A DNA stretch of 59,652 nucleotides, counting the filler. It is 4 parts of 4 records of this genome, joined end to end, with 100 filler letters (N's around TTAATTAATTAA, not from the genome) between each part and the next. Parts side by side here need not be neighbours in the genome. Positions count along the whole stretch, not along the records: positions 37,014 to 47,888 come from SRR22947727_1943; positions 47,989 to 59,652 come from SRR22947727_1949; 2 more parts are not named here. One strand, given 5' to 3'. Made by a program: the position numbers and the translations under genes. The notes below the pieces were generated by a model. The model did no database searches and was not told the DNA's origin. It saw nothing but the letters and a program-made list of their open reading frames with translations. Positions within the stretch are counted from its first letter, which is position 1. Each line of letters begins with the position of its first letter. Positions 39,569 through 49,449 of the stretch are shown one piece after another.

Positions 39569-42500
39569 GTGCGGTTTTCGAAATTACGATTGAACGGGTT
39601 CAAAAGCTTTGTGGACCCCACAGATTTAATTATTGCAGATGGCTTGACCGGAGTGGTCGGCCCCAATGGCTGCGGCAAATCGAATTTGCTAGAGGCGCTG
39701 CGCTGGGTCATGGGCGAGAACCGCCCGACGGCCATGCGGGGTGGCGGGATGGAGGATGTTATCTTCGCAGGAACCGCCACACGTCCGGCCCGTAATTTTG
39801 CAGAAGTCAGTTTGCAAATCGACAACAGCAAACGGCTGGCTCCGGCGAGCTTTAATGAAAGTGATCTTTTGGATGTGGTCCGCCGCATCACCCGCGATAT
39901 TGGCTCTGCCTATAAGGCCAATAGCAAAGACGTGCGGGCGCGGGATGTTCAGATGCTTTTTGCCGATGCCAGCACGGGTGCGCATTCTCCTGCTCTTGTT
40001 CGGCAGGGGCAGATCAGTGAATTGATCAATGCCAAACCCAAGGCCCGGCGTCGGATTTTGGAAGAGGCGGCCGGAATTTCGGGTCTCTATGCGCGGCGGC
40101 ATGAGGCGGAGCTGAAATTACGCGGCGCTGAAACGAACCTTTCACGCGTGGATGACGTGATCGAACAATTGGCCAATCAATTGTCCCAATTGGCGCGGCA
40201 GGCGAAACAAGCCGCCCGCTATCGAGAGTTGGGGGCCAGTCTGCGTTTGGCCGAAGGGCTCTTACTGTATCGCCGGTGGCAAGAGGCAGAAGAGGCCCGC
40301 GCGGCCGCAGAAGAGGCTCTGCGCGCCGGTACGCTCAGAGCGGCACAGGCTGAAACCGCAGTTCAGAAATCTGTGAAGGCCCGCGAGATTTGCGAGGCGG
40401 CCTTGCCGCCCCTGCGCGAGGAGGAGGCCATCGCCAATGCCGTGTTGCAGCGGCTGAATGTGCAAAAAGACACGCTCAGCGATCAAGCGAAGCGGGCTGA
40501 GCAAACCATTCACACTTTGGAGCAACGCATCGCCCAGCTGGCGGCTGATATGGCGCGGGAGCAAAACCTGAATGCCGATGCCGGCGATACAATCGCGCGG
40601 CTGCGCGAAGAACTGGCAGAGCTTGAAGAGGCCGGGGCCGGGCAGAGCGAAAAAGTGCAAAAAGCGGCCGCGGAGGCCTCACAGGCGGCGGCTGTTTTGC
40701 ACGATCGTGAATCGCAATTGGCGGAGATTACCGAAGATGTAGCCCGTCTCGCCGCCAGCCATCAATCGGCGGATCGCTTCGTTGAGGATGCCCAAAAACG
40801 CCTGTCCAAGGCTGAGGCCGAAGAGATCAATGCCAAGTCGGCGGTGGCTGAGGCCAGCACACAGGCCAGTGACGCCGCAGCGGCCTACGCGCAAGCCCAT
40901 CTTGATGAGGCGGCCGCTGTTGAGGCCGTCGCCCAGGCCGAAACGGCTTTGGCTGAGGCGGAGGCGCGACGGGCGGATTGCCTGACCCAAGAAAACAGTG
41001 CACGGACTGCCAGGTCCGAGGCAAATGGGGTCGTCAATGCGTTGCAGGCAGAAGTCTCCGCACTGGCGAAATTGGTGGAACGCAACCGCGGTCAAGGCGA
41101 TCAGTTGCTTGACCAAGTGCATGTTGAAAGCGGATATGAAAAGGCTTTGGGCGCGGCCCTGGCCGATGATCTCAAAGCCCCGGCCGTGACCGCGGACGGG
41201 CGCTCAGGCTGGGCTCAGCTGCAGGACTATGACACCGCGCCCCGCCTGCCGGAGGGCGTTGAAAGTTTTGGGCAATACGTCACCGTTCCCGGCGTGTTGA
41301 ACCGCAGGATTGCACAAGTTGGTCTTGTGACAGCCGAGGAAGGTGCGCGGCTGCATGGGTCTCTTTTACCAGGGCAAAGACTGGTCAGCCGAGATGGCGA
41401 TCTTTGGCGTTGGGATGGGTTTCGCGCCCAAGCCAAGGACGCCCCCTCTGCGGCGGCCTTGGCGCTCGAGCAACGCAATCGCCTTCAGGCTTTGCAATCA
41501 CAGTTAAAAGAGGCGCAGGCGGTGGCAAGCCAAGCGGAAACTGCGCATCAAGCGCTGGTTGGTCAATTGCAAACCCTGACAAAAACCGATCAAGAGACCC
41601 GCGAGGCGCGCCAGGCCGCAGATCGGATGATGGCCGATGCGGGGCGTGCTTTGTCTCGGGCTGAGGCGGAGCGCAATCTTGCCGGCGGGCGCGTTGAGGC
41701 CCTGGCGCTCGCTGTCACACGCTATGGGGAAGAGGCGAGTGAAGCGCGCGTGCAGCTGCGTGATGCACAAACCCACCGGGAAGGCTTGGAAGATCTTGGC
41801 GCTGCGCGGGCACGGGTGGAGGACATTCGGCTGACCGTTGAAGCCAGCAGGGTCACTATGATGAGCCGCCGTGCGGCACATGATGAGCTGCGCAGTGATG
41901 GCGAAGCACGGGTCAAGCGGATTGCGGCAGTGAACAAAGATATTAGCAGCTGGCAAGAGCGTTTGGGAAATGCCAAAACGCGCGCCGTCGAGCTGGAACA
42001 GCGCCACAGCAAGGCTGAAGCAGACTTGGCAACAGCACTTGCAGAGCCCGATAACATAAGAAGCCAGCGGGCAGAGCTCATCTCCGCGTTAGAGGAAGCG
42101 GAAACGCGCCGGAAATTGGCCGCTGATACCTTGGCGCGGGCCGAGATGGACATGCGCCAAGCGTCTGAGGCCGAGCGTGATGCTGGGCGCGTGGCCACGG
42201 AAAGCCGCGAAAAACGGGCTGGCGCTGAGGCGCGCTCTGAAGCTGCTTTGGAGGCGGTGGGTTTGGCGGCGGAGCGCATCGGTGAGGAGCTGCAAACAGA
42301 GCCGCAAAACCTGCTGGAACAATTGGAGGTCGACCCGCTGAAAATGCCGCCCTCTGAACAGGTGGAGGCAGAGGTGGCGCGTTTGCGCCGGCAACGAGAG
42401 GCGCTGGGCGCGGTCAACCTGCGGGCGGAAGAGGATTCTCAAGAGGTGCGCGAGGAATTTGATATGCTCACCAAAGAGAAAACAGATTTGGAAGAGGCAA

Positions 42501-43024
42501 TCAAAACGCTGCGGGGTGGGATTGCCAGTCTCAACAAAGAGGGCCGGGAACGCTTATTGGCCGCTTTTGATGAGGTGAATCGCAACTTCGGCACTCTGTT
42601 TTCGCATTTATTTGGCGGCGGCGAGGCGAATTTGGTTTTGGTGGAAAGCGATGATCCGTTGGATGCTGGGCTGGAAATTTTGTGTCAACCACCGGGTAAG
42701 AAGCTTTCGACCCTCTCGCTGTTGTCGGGCGGTGAGCAGACTCTGACGGCGATGGCGCTTATTTTTGCAGTCTTCTTGGCCAATCCCGCGCCGATTTGTG
42801 TGCTTGATGAGGTGGATGCGCCATTAGATGATGCAAATGTCACAAGGTTCTGCGACCTGCTCGATGAGATGACCCGCAGGACGGACACGCGGTTTTTGAT
42901 CATCACCCACCATGCGGTGACCATGGCGCGTATGGACCGTTTGTTTGGTGTGACGATGGCGGAGCAAGGGGTCAGCCAGTTGGTTTCGGTTGACCTGAAG
43001 AAAGCCGAGCAACTGGTGGCCTAG
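39569..43024 (+). CDS. smc: Chromosome segregation protein SMC
   Basis: GFKSF, GPNGCGKSN, long coiled coils with hinge, LSGGEQ and VLDEVDAPLD. Confidence 0.98.
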   Translation: MRFSKLRLNGFKSFVDPTDLIIADGLTGVVGPNGCGKSNLLEALRWVMGENRPTAMRGGGMEDVIFAGTATRPARNFAEVSLQIDNSKRLAPASFNESDLLDVVRRITRDIGSAYKANSKDVRARDVQMLFADASTGAHSPALVRQGQISELINAKPKARRRILEEAAGISGLYARRHEAELKLRGAETNLSRVDDVIEQLANQLSQLARQAKQAARYRELGASLRLAEGLLLYRRWQEAEEARAAAEEALRAGTLRAAQAETAVQKSVKAREICEAALPPLREEEAIANAVLQRLNVQKDTLSDQAKRAEQTIHTLEQRIAQLAADMAREQNLNADAGDTIARLREELAELEEAGAGQSEKVQKAAAEASQAAAVLHDRESQLAEITEDVARLAASHQSADRFVEDAQKRLSKAEAEEINAKSAVAEASTQASDAAAAYAQAHLDEAAAVEAVAQAETALAEAEARRADCLTQENSARTARSEANGVVNALQAEVSALAKLVERNRGQGDQLLDQVHVESGYEKALGAALADDLKAPAVTADGRSGWAQLQDYDTAPRLPEGVESFGQYVTVPGVLNRRIAQVGLVTAEEGARLHGSLLPGQRLVSRDGDLWRWDGFRAQAKDAPSAAALALEQRNRLQALQSQLKEAQAVASQAETAHQALVGQLQTLTKTDQETREARQAADRMMADAGRALSRAEAERNLAGGRVEALALAVTRYGEEASEARVQLRDAQTHREGLEDLGAARARVEDIRLTVEASRVTMMSRRAAHDELRSDGEARVKRIAAVNKDISSWQERLGNAKTRAVELEQRHSKAEADLATALAEPDNIRSQRAELISALEEAETRRKLAADTLARAEMDMRQASEAERDAGRVATESREKRAGAEARSEAALEAVGLAAERIGEELQTEPQNLLEQLEVDPLKMPPSEQVEAEVARLRRQREALGAVNLRAEEDSQEVREEFDMLTKEKTDLEEAIKTLRGGIASLNKEGRERLLAAFDEVNRNFGTLFSHLFGGGEANLVLVESDDPLDAGLEILCQPPGKKLSTLSLLSGGEQTLTAMALIFAVFLANPAPICVLDEVDAPLDDANVTRFCDLLDEMTRRTDTRFLIITHHAVTMARMDRLFGVTMAEQGVSQLVSVDLKKAEQLVA

Positions 43025-43054
43025 CGCCTCGGTGTGTCGCATGAAGCCGTTAAA

Positions 43055-43180
43055 AAGACCTCTGCATAGCCCAACCTCCAAGCCAAAACATTGTGCCCGG
43101 TGGCAACACCGGGCAGCCCCTGCCTGCCCAGTCTGGCGCTGCCCTCATGTCGTGTTGAAATGGCGTGATGCAGAGGTCTT
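43055..43180. mobile_element. MITE-like non-autonomous element
   Basis: TIRs AAGACCTCTGCAT (43055-43067) / ATGCAGAGGTCTT (43168-43180), flanked by direct repeat TTAAA (43050-43054 and 43181-43185). No ORF inside. Confidence 0.65.
43094..43115. repeat. REP-like perfect hairpin
   Basis: TGCCCGGTG-GCAA-CACCGGGCA. 20 nt recur inverted at 47869-47888. Confidence 0.75.
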
Positions 43181-44350
43181 TTAAAGCCGATTGAGCAATT
43201 GCGGGGTTGGCCAAGCATCGGCGGGTAGATTGAGCCTGTCCTGTTCTGCTTGCACAGCCGCGCGGGTTTTGGAGCCTAAAATACCATCGATTTTGCCGAC
43301 ATCATGGCCTCGGGCCATGAGTTTTTGTTGTAGGGCCTGCATTTCTTGCCCGGTCAAGCCCGTGTCCGGCGTTCCAGGATAAAACTGCGGTTCGCCCGAT
43401 AGCAGCGTGGCAAAATAGGCGGCTGTGGTGACATAGACCAGGCTCTGGTTCCATTCAAAATAGACGTTGAAATTCGGATAGGTCAGAAAGGCCGGACCCT
43501 TATGGCCAACGGGCAATAAAACAGAGGCTTGGCCCGCGCTAGGCTCGAGGGGGCCATGCCGCCCGGTCACCCCAAGCGCCTGCCAGCGCGCGACGGTCTG
43601 GCTTTTGTCGAGGCCAGTGAGGGTGAGATCAAGAGTCTCGGGCAGATCAATTTCCTGCAACCACGGGGCACCGGCCTGCCAGCCCAATCGACGCAGCATA
43701 TGGCCGCCGCTCATAAGCGCATCTTCGGCAGAGTTTTGCAGATCAACGCGGCCATCACCATCCCCGTCCGTGCCGCTGTCCAAAATATCTTCGGGCAGCA
43801 TCTGGATCATACCAATCTCGCCGGCCCAAGCGCCTTGCGTCTCTCGCGGATCAAAATCACCGCGTTTGTAAAGCTCAAGCGCTGCAAAAACCTGTGGACG
43901 AAACAGCTCAGGGCGCCGGCAATCATGCGACAGGGTCAGCAGCGCATTGAGCGTGTTAAAATTGCCTTGATTGACCCCAAAATCCGTTTCAAATGCCCAA
44001 AAGGCCAGTAAGACCCCAGGTGGGATCCCGTAATCATGGGACACCCTGTCAAAGGTCGCGGCGTATTTGCCCGCGTTTTTCTGTGCATGCACCAAGCGAT
44101 GTTCCGAGATCAAGGCTTGAGAGAAGCTGATGAAGTCTTTTTGAAACACCCCTTGTCGGCGGTCTGCTTTGATGACCTTGGGATCTTGCGCCGCGCCATC
44201 AAAAAAGCGCGTCACCAATGGGCGCGGGTAGCCCTGTGCCAGGGCCTCTTGTTTTACATCTTTGATAAACGATGCCCAATCTGTGCCGCAAGTGGCAGAG
44301 GCCAGGCCAGCGTAACACATTAAGGCACAGGACAAGAAGAGGCGGTGCAT
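43181..44350 (-). CDS. Lytic murein transglycosylase (MltB/SLT_2 family) with C-terminal peptidoglycan-binding domain
   Basis: AFWAFETDFG, GAWAGEIGMIQ, DGDGDGRVDL and IDGILGSKTRAAV. Confidence 0.9.
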   Translation of the reverse strand: MHRLFLSCALMCYAGLASATCGTDWASFIKDVKQEALAQGYPRPLVTRFFDGAAQDPKVIKADRRQGVFQKDFISFSQALISEHRLVHAQKNAGKYAATFDRVSHDYGIPPGVLLAFWAFETDFGVNQGNFNTLNALLTLSHDCRRPELFRPQVFAALELYKRGDFDPRETQGAWAGEIGMIQMLPEDILDSGTDGDGDGRVDLQNSAEDALMSGGHMLRRLGWQAGAPWLQEIDLPETLDLTLTGLDKSQTVARWQALGVTGRHGPLEPSAGQASVLLPVGHKGPAFLTYPNFNVYFEWNQSLVYVTTAAYFATLLSGEPQFYPGTPDTGLTGQEMQALQQKLMARGHDVGKIDGILGSKTRAAVQAEQDRLNLPADAWPTPQLLNRL

Positions 44351-44389
44351 ATCAATTCTCCAACAAAAACCCGTTGTAATTAGGCCTTT

Positions 44390-45295
44390 TTACAACAAAA
44401 ATGCAAGGGTCATGCCCGCCACCAAAAGCGTCATCGCGCCCCAGGTCAGCCAGAGAGTTTGAATAGATTTTTCAATCTCAACCGGACCAATGTTTTTGCG
44501 GCCAGCGGCGTTGACCCAAGGAAATTTCTCGAATTTCCCCTCATAGCTGCGGGGGCCTGAGAGGCTGATATCAAGCGCATAGGCCATCGCAGCCTCGGGC
44601 CAGCCGGCATTTGGGGAGCGGTGCAATTTCGCCTCAGAGATGATAGTGCCCCAGGAGGTGCGACAGCCGGTGATCAGCCAAATTCCAAAGGCGGACAGCC
44701 GGGCGGGCGCCCAATTCAGCAGATCATCCAGCCGGGCGCAGGCCCATCCGAAGTCCCGATATGTCTCGTTCTTATACCCAATCATACTGTCCGCGGTGTT
44801 GATCATTTTATAGATAATCACCCCGGGCAAACCTGCCAGTGCGAACCAAAAAACGGGTGCTGCAATCCCATCGGAAAAATTTTCTGCCGCGCTTTCAATG
44901 GCCCCGCGGGCCACCTGCGGGGCATCCATCTGGGCTGTGTCACGTCCAACAATCATGGCCACGCTCCTGCGCCCGGCGGCAAGTGACAGCCGCAGGGATT
45001 GGGCCACGTCTTGCACATGCTGCATTAAGGATCTCTGTGCCACGAGGATTGCAGTGACCAAAATTTCAGCCAGAGGCCCAAGTTGCGCCAAAACAAGCCC
45101 GGCGAGCCCGCCTAGCCCAGCCAATCCGATGCATAAGATCACACCTTTGGGTTTTTGATGGGGTGCATGATTGAACATGCTGGTGGCGCGGGCGATGAGA
45201 TTGCCCATGAGCACGGCCGGATGCGGCATGCGTGACCAGAGCCACTTTGGCTCGCCGAGCAGCGCATCCAGAACAAGGGCCAAAAACAGGGTCAC
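44390..45295 (-). CDS. cbiB: Adenosylcobinamide-phosphate synthase CbiB (CobD in aerobic-pathway nomenclature)
   Basis: LGEP...HPAVLMG, IVGRDT, ESAAENFSDG, NTADSMIGY and SPNAGWPEAAMA. GTG start overlaps the upstream TGA. Confidence 0.93.
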   Translation of the reverse strand: MTLFLALVLDALLGEPKWLWSRMPHPAVLMGNLIARATSMFNHAPHQKPKGVILCIGLAGLGGLAGLVLAQLGPLAEILVTAILVAQRSLMQHVQDVAQSLRLSLAAGRRSVAMIVGRDTAQMDAPQVARGAIESAAENFSDGIAAPVFWFALAGLPGVIIYKMINTADSMIGYKNETYRDFGWACARLDDLLNWAPARLSAFGIWLITGCRTSWGTIISEAKLHRSPNAGWPEAAMAYALDISLSGPRSYEGKFEKFPWVNAAGRKNIGPVEIEKSIQTLWLTWGAMTLLVAGMTLAFLL

Positions 45296-46239
45296 AGGGC
45301 GGCCTCCAACCGCGCCCACTGCGCCTGCGGCGGGAGGCCAAGTCGGATCCATGTTGGGCTATAGGGGAAAACCCGCGTCCAAATCTTGTGTTGGGCTAAG
45401 TGGTGTTGCAGTTGCCTGGCATCCGCGACCTCATAGGTACGAAACAGCGCGCAGGCGCCCATAGGGCGGGCGTTTTGGCGCCGCATGAGCCGGTCAAGAC
45501 GTTCTGCATCCGCGGCCAGCCGGGCCCGGGTTTGCTCGGCCCAAGTGGTGTCACCCAGGGCCGCGGCACCAATTTTCAACGCGATCCCAGAGACGGGCCA
45601 AGGGCCAAGCCTTTGTCGCAGAGTGTCGATCAACTCTGGATCTCCAATTGCAAATCCCAAACGCAATCCAGCCAATCCCCAAAATTTTCCAAAACTTTTC
45701 AATATTATATGGCCAGGCTGTTTGGCTTGCGCGATGTGGCTTTGCGCCGGATCGATATCGCAAAAGCTCTCGTCAATCACCGTCAGCGGCGCGGGTGTGA
45801 TCTGAGTTTGGAATATGCCTGTGGGGTTGTTGGGATGGACCACAACACGGGCCACAGGAGAGGAGGGGTGTTCGTCTACGTCCCAGCCATGAAATCGAAA
45901 GGCGGCGGCGTGTTCGTTGTAGCTGCGCAGGGCGATCTCGGCTTGGCCTGCAGCTTGAAGTGCAGGAATTTGAGCGATGGCAGCAGAGCATCCCGGCACA
46001 GCCAGAACATCCGCCTGCGCTGGCACCCGCCAAAATCGCCGGGCGGCGGCACATAGCGCCGCATCTGCGCCGCTATCAGGCAGCGCCGTCCAATCATTTG
46101 GCGTCAAATCGAGGCTCGTTATTGGGTAGCTTTCCGGATTGATCCCGGTGGATAGATCAAGCCAGTCACCGCGCGCGCCGCCAAATTCTGCTGCTGCCGC
46201 GTCAAGACCGCCCCCGTGATCTCGCCCATTGCCTGCCAT
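45292..46239 (-). CDS. cobC: L-threonine-O-3-phosphate decarboxylase (CobC in aerobic nomenclature, CobD in Salmonella)
   Basis: DHGGGL, WLDLSTGINP, PNNPTG, IDESF and KSFGKFWGLAGLRLG (PLP Lys). Confidence 0.9.
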   Translation of the reverse strand: MAGNGRDHGGGLDAAAAEFGGARGDWLDLSTGINPESYPITSLDLTPNDWTALPDSGADAALCAAARRFWRVPAQADVLAVPGCSAAIAQIPALQAAGQAEIALRSYNEHAAAFRFHGWDVDEHPSSPVARVVVHPNNPTGIFQTQITPAPLTVIDESFCDIDPAQSHIAQAKQPGHIILKSFGKFWGLAGLRLGFAIGDPELIDTLRQRLGPWPVSGIALKIGAAALGDTTWAEQTRARLAADAERLDRLMRRQNARPMGACALFRTYEVADARQLQHHLAQHKIWTRVFPYSPTWIRLGLPPQAQWARLEAAL

Positions 46240-46610
46240 TAGTCCGTGTCCGGCAAAGGGGTCATGCGCGTGGTGAAATGGCCTTTCACCGCTTGTGGCC
46301 AATCGCGGTAGGGCACTTGGCCGGTTTCTGAGGCTTGATGCAGTGCCGCATAATCTACAATGGCTTGGGCATTTTCGGGGCTTGGCTCAAATGTTCCCAA
46401 GACATAAGATAGCTTTTCAGGAGCTTGCACCGCCACATTGCAGGCCCGCACGCAGCCCATCATGCAAGAGACACGCCGGGTTTTTACCCCTGCGCTTGCG
46501 GCTCTGTCTTCGATTAAGCCTGCGAATATTTCGCCATCGGTGAGGGGCTGGGTCTGTGGTGTCCAGCCCTCGCGTTTGCAGGTGTCGCAAATGGTAATCC
46601 ATGACGTCAT
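46239..46610 (-). CDS. DUF1636 family Cys-rich metal-binding protein (cobalamin-cluster associated)
   Basis: ICDTC, CMMGCVRAC and GQVPYRDWP. TAATG overlap with cobC. Confidence 0.8.
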   Translation of the reverse strand: MTSWITICDTCKREGWTPQTQPLTDGEIFAGLIEDRAASAGVKTRRVSCMMGCVRACNVAVQAPEKLSYVLGTFEPSPENAQAIVDYAALHQASETGQVPYRDWPQAVKGHFTTRMTPLPDTD

Positions 46611-46687
46611 TGGGTTCTCCTGCGATTGACAGATCTTGGCGAATAGTTGCGTTGGCTGCACCAAAAACGCAAGGGCCTGGTTGCTGG

Positions 46688-47650
46688 TTAATCGCCGCGC
46701 CCATGGGGGGCGTTCCAGTCGATGTCTGGATTGATTGGGATGATGCGATTGGGGTTAATCGTATCATGGCTATAGTGGTAGTGGCGGATGATATGATCCA
46801 TATTCACCGTCTCGGCGATGCCCTCATATTGATAGAGCTCGCGGGTATAGGCCCAAAGATTAGGATAATCTATGATGCGCTTGCGGTTGCATTTGAAATG
46901 CAGGTGATAAACGCTGTCAAAACGCAGGAGGGTTGGAAACAAGCGCCAATCGACCTCGGTGAGCCTGTCGCCCATGATATAGCGCTTGCGCGACAAGCGG
47001 TCCTCGAGCCAATCCAATGTGTCAAACAAGGGGCCAACCGCGGCATCATAGGCCGTTTGGGTGGTGGCAAATCCGCAGCGGTAAACGCCATTGTTGAGCG
47101 TGTCATAAATGCGTTGGTTGATTGGCTCCATCGCCTCGTGCAGCTCTTGGGGGCAAAAATCCATAGTATTGCCTGTCAGCCGATCAAAGGCGGAGTTGAA
47201 CATGCGGATGATCTCGGAGCTCTCATTGGAGACAATGGTCTGCTGGTGCTTGTCCCAAAGAATCGGAACCGTGACGCGACCACTGATTTTTGGATCTGCA
47301 CGCAGATAAATATCACGGGCAAATGGCAGGCCAAACAGTCGGTCGCCTGTTGCGCCCGGCCAGTCGCTCGCAAAGGTCCAGCCGTCAGACAACATATCAG
47401 GATGCACAACATCAACGCTGATATGTGCGGTTAAGTCTTTAATCTGTCTAAAAATTAATGTGCGATGCGCCCAGGGGCAGGCCAAGGACACATAGAGATG
47501 ATAGCGTCCGCTTTCGGCCTGAAATTCGGTGCTGCCATCGGATGTGATCCAGTTGCGGAATTTTGCAGTTGAGCGCTCGAAGGCGCCTCCCGATTTTGTG
47601 GTGTCATACCAAATATCATGCCAAACACCGTCCACCAGTTGTCCCATCAC
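46688..47650 (-). CDS. yqjG: Glutathionyl-hydroquinone reductase (Xi-class GST)
   Basis: YVSLACPWAHRT, VTVPILWDK, SNESSEI and HYHYSHDTINP. Confidence 0.92.
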   Translation of the reverse strand: MMGQLVDGVWHDIWYDTTKSGGAFERSTAKFRNWITSDGSTEFQAESGRYHLYVSLACPWAHRTLIFRQIKDLTAHISVDVVHPDMLSDGWTFASDWPGATGDRLFGLPFARDIYLRADPKISGRVTVPILWDKHQQTIVSNESSEIIRMFNSAFDRLTGNTMDFCPQELHEAMEPINQRIYDTLNNGVYRCGFATTQTAYDAAVGPLFDTLDWLEDRLSRKRYIMGDRLTEVDWRLFPTLLRFDSVYHLHFKCNRKRIIDYPNLWAYTRELYQYEGIAETVNMDHIIRHYHYSHDTINPNRIIPINPDIDWNAPHGRGD

Positions 47651-47868
47651 CCGCTCCCCACCTGCGCTGCATCCTGCGCGTCTACATCAGAGCCGCGGCG
47701 CTGGAAATGGCAAAACCGCGGTTGACAGTTTGATAGAGGAGCATTCCATGGCGGATGCTTAGGAATTGACCGGCAAACCCTGCCAAATTTCCGTTAGGTT
47801 CTCTGTTGTCGCTAGAGCTGCGGCTCTTTGATCATCGGGCAAGTTCTTATAAAGGCCCTTGGTCGTTC

Positions 47869-47888
47869 CCCGGTGTTGCCACCGGGCA
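47869..47888. repeat. Second copy of the REP-like hairpin at the contig end
   Basis: CCCGGTGTTGCCACCGGGCA is the exact reverse complement of 43094-43113. Confidence 0.75.
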
Positions 47889-47988
47889 NNNNNNNNNNNN
47901 NNNNNNNNNNNNNNNNNNNNNNNNNNNNNNNNTTAATTAATTAANNNNNNNNNNNNNNNNNNNNNNNNNNNNNNNNNNNNNNNNNNNN
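47889..47988. other. Artificial contig linker
   Basis: 44 N + TTAATTAATTAA + 44 N. Confidence 0.99.
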
Positions 47989-48014
47989 TCGATGAACAGA
48001 CCCTGTTGGTTCGT
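47989..48014. repeat. REP-like repeat unit at the contig start
   Basis: TCGATGAACAGACCCTGTTGGTTCGT matches 59587-59612 at 23/26, including the identical 15-mer ACCCTGTTGGTTCGT. Confidence 0.7.
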
Positions 48015-48057
48015 GAAATTTGTTTTCAGGGAAAAAAGTCATCTTCAAATTTTTACG

Positions 48058-49449
48058 TCACTTCAATTTAAGGCTCAGCGTGGGTGGCTTTGCGTCGGGG
48101 TGTTCTTTGGTGGCGAAAGCGTGGACGAGTCCAGAGGTGTTGTGTTCACTTGTGATACGAACGATCAGAAACGTCACGAGTCCATTTGCGTCATTACGCA
48201 GAAATTCGGAAAGCTCCGGCGATGAAATTTGGATTTGAGTAGCAGCAGAGGCGCCGCGAAGAACTTGAAATGTGCCGACTTGTTGGGTGATTTTATTCAA
48301 AACGCTGCCGTCTTCCATCGCTGGGGCATTTTCCCAAACGACGAGGTCCTCTTGCCAGCGATCCACCGAATCATCCGTCACGGCATAAACCGCGAATTTC
48401 GAATTAGGAACCATTGTCGAAAATCCAAACCCGCTCGGTTCAACGTCTAAAAGGAACTCAGCATCTGATATCTGCGTCCGATCCACATTCTGGAGGTCGA
48501 TCGTCAGAATGCCGCGCCGCTCATTATTCGCTCCTTGTTTAAGGTCGGTGTGTTTCACCATCATCAACGGTTCCGCGCCCATGCTGGAATCCGTTCCCCG
48601 TCGCATGAAGGAATCTTTGCCTGCACCAACGGCGGTCGATACGTTCAGCCAGCCGTTTCTCGCCCGAACCGCATGAGCTGCCGGTGATCGTTCGATCTCC
48701 CGGTTCATCGTGGCTCGCTCCGCGCCGTTCAAAAATCCGTGGCCTTCCCGAATCAACTTCGCGGTTTCCTCGCCGTTCTTTCTCACTTCAACTTCACCTT
48801 CAAAAACCATCATGTGCGATCCGCCGAACTGATTTGCGGTCAGCCCAAATCGGGTTCCTAAATCAATCACCTCCAGATCCGGCGCATCAATCGTGAAACC
48901 GTGAGCGGATTCCGGAACGTCCGCAACGACTGATCCTTCAACCAAGCGACAGCGCATTGCTGAGGTCACCTCAAGCGTTGCGGGGGCTTCCAACGTCACC
49001 GTCGCGCCTGAATCAAATTTCAAGGTCGCCATTCCTTCGACTAAATCCAGCGTTCCTGCGGGAAGTCGCGAGCCTTCGGCCGTCGGCAATTCGGAACCGG
49101 CCCAGCGACAACCTTCCGCTTGTTCGAGCGTGGCGACGGCCTTGATTTTCGGACCGCTTTTTTGTTCAACAAAAATCCACGTCAGTCCAGTGGCGACAAT
49201 TGCAGCTGCTGCCGCCGCGATTCCCGCAGAAAACCAACGTTTCGGCGTTGAAACTACAACGGGATCATCCATTTCTAAAAGCCGCACCAGGTCGTCGCTT
49301 GAAGCCATTAATTGCCCATGAAGCGAGGATTTTTCGACATAGGCAGTCATCAAATCCGCATCCGCCAAAGCATCACGTTGGAATTGCTCCAACTCTGCAT
49401 CGGAAAGCTGGCCTTCGATGGCCTGATCGATTCTGTCGTCGTTATTCAT
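48058..49449 (-). CDS. FecR-domain anti-sigma factor with C-terminal DNRLRE-like beta-sandwich
   Basis: N-terminal anti-sigma helix, one TM, FecR motifs FDSGATVTLEAP / VIDLGTRFG / VFEGEVEV, and C-terminal W.E..VWENAP...FATKEHP...PTL. Confidence 0.85.
   Translation of the reverse strand: MNNDDRIDQAIEGQLSDAELEQFQRDALADADLMTAYVEKSSLHGQLMASSDDLVRLLEMDDPVVVSTPKRWFSAGIAAAAAAIVATGLTWIFVEQKSGPKIKAVATLEQAEGCRWAGSELPTAEGSRLPAGTLDLVEGMATLKFDSGATVTLEAPATLEVTSAMRCRLVEGSVVADVPESAHGFTIDAPDLEVIDLGTRFGLTANQFGGSHMMVFEGEVEVRKNGEETAKLIREGHGFLNGAERATMNREIERSPAAHAVRARNGWLNVSTAVGAGKDSFMRRGTDSSMGAEPLMMVKHTDLKQGANNERRGILTIDLQNVDRTQISDAEFLLDVEPSGFGFSTMVPNSKFAVYAVTDDSVDRWQEDLVVWENAPAMEDGSVLNKITQQVGTFQVLRGASAATQIQISSPELSEFLRNDANGLVTFLIVRITSEHNTSGLVHAFATKEHPDAKPPTLSLKLK

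Noticed and set aside
46611-46687. Cobalamin riboswitch upstream of DUF1636-cobC-cbiB
   Set aside because: The intergenic gap is only 77 bp and I see no B12-box or core riboswitch motifs.
46601-47434. 277-aa plus-strand ORF
   Set aside because: Antisense shadow of the well-supported yqjG gene, with no motifs of its own.
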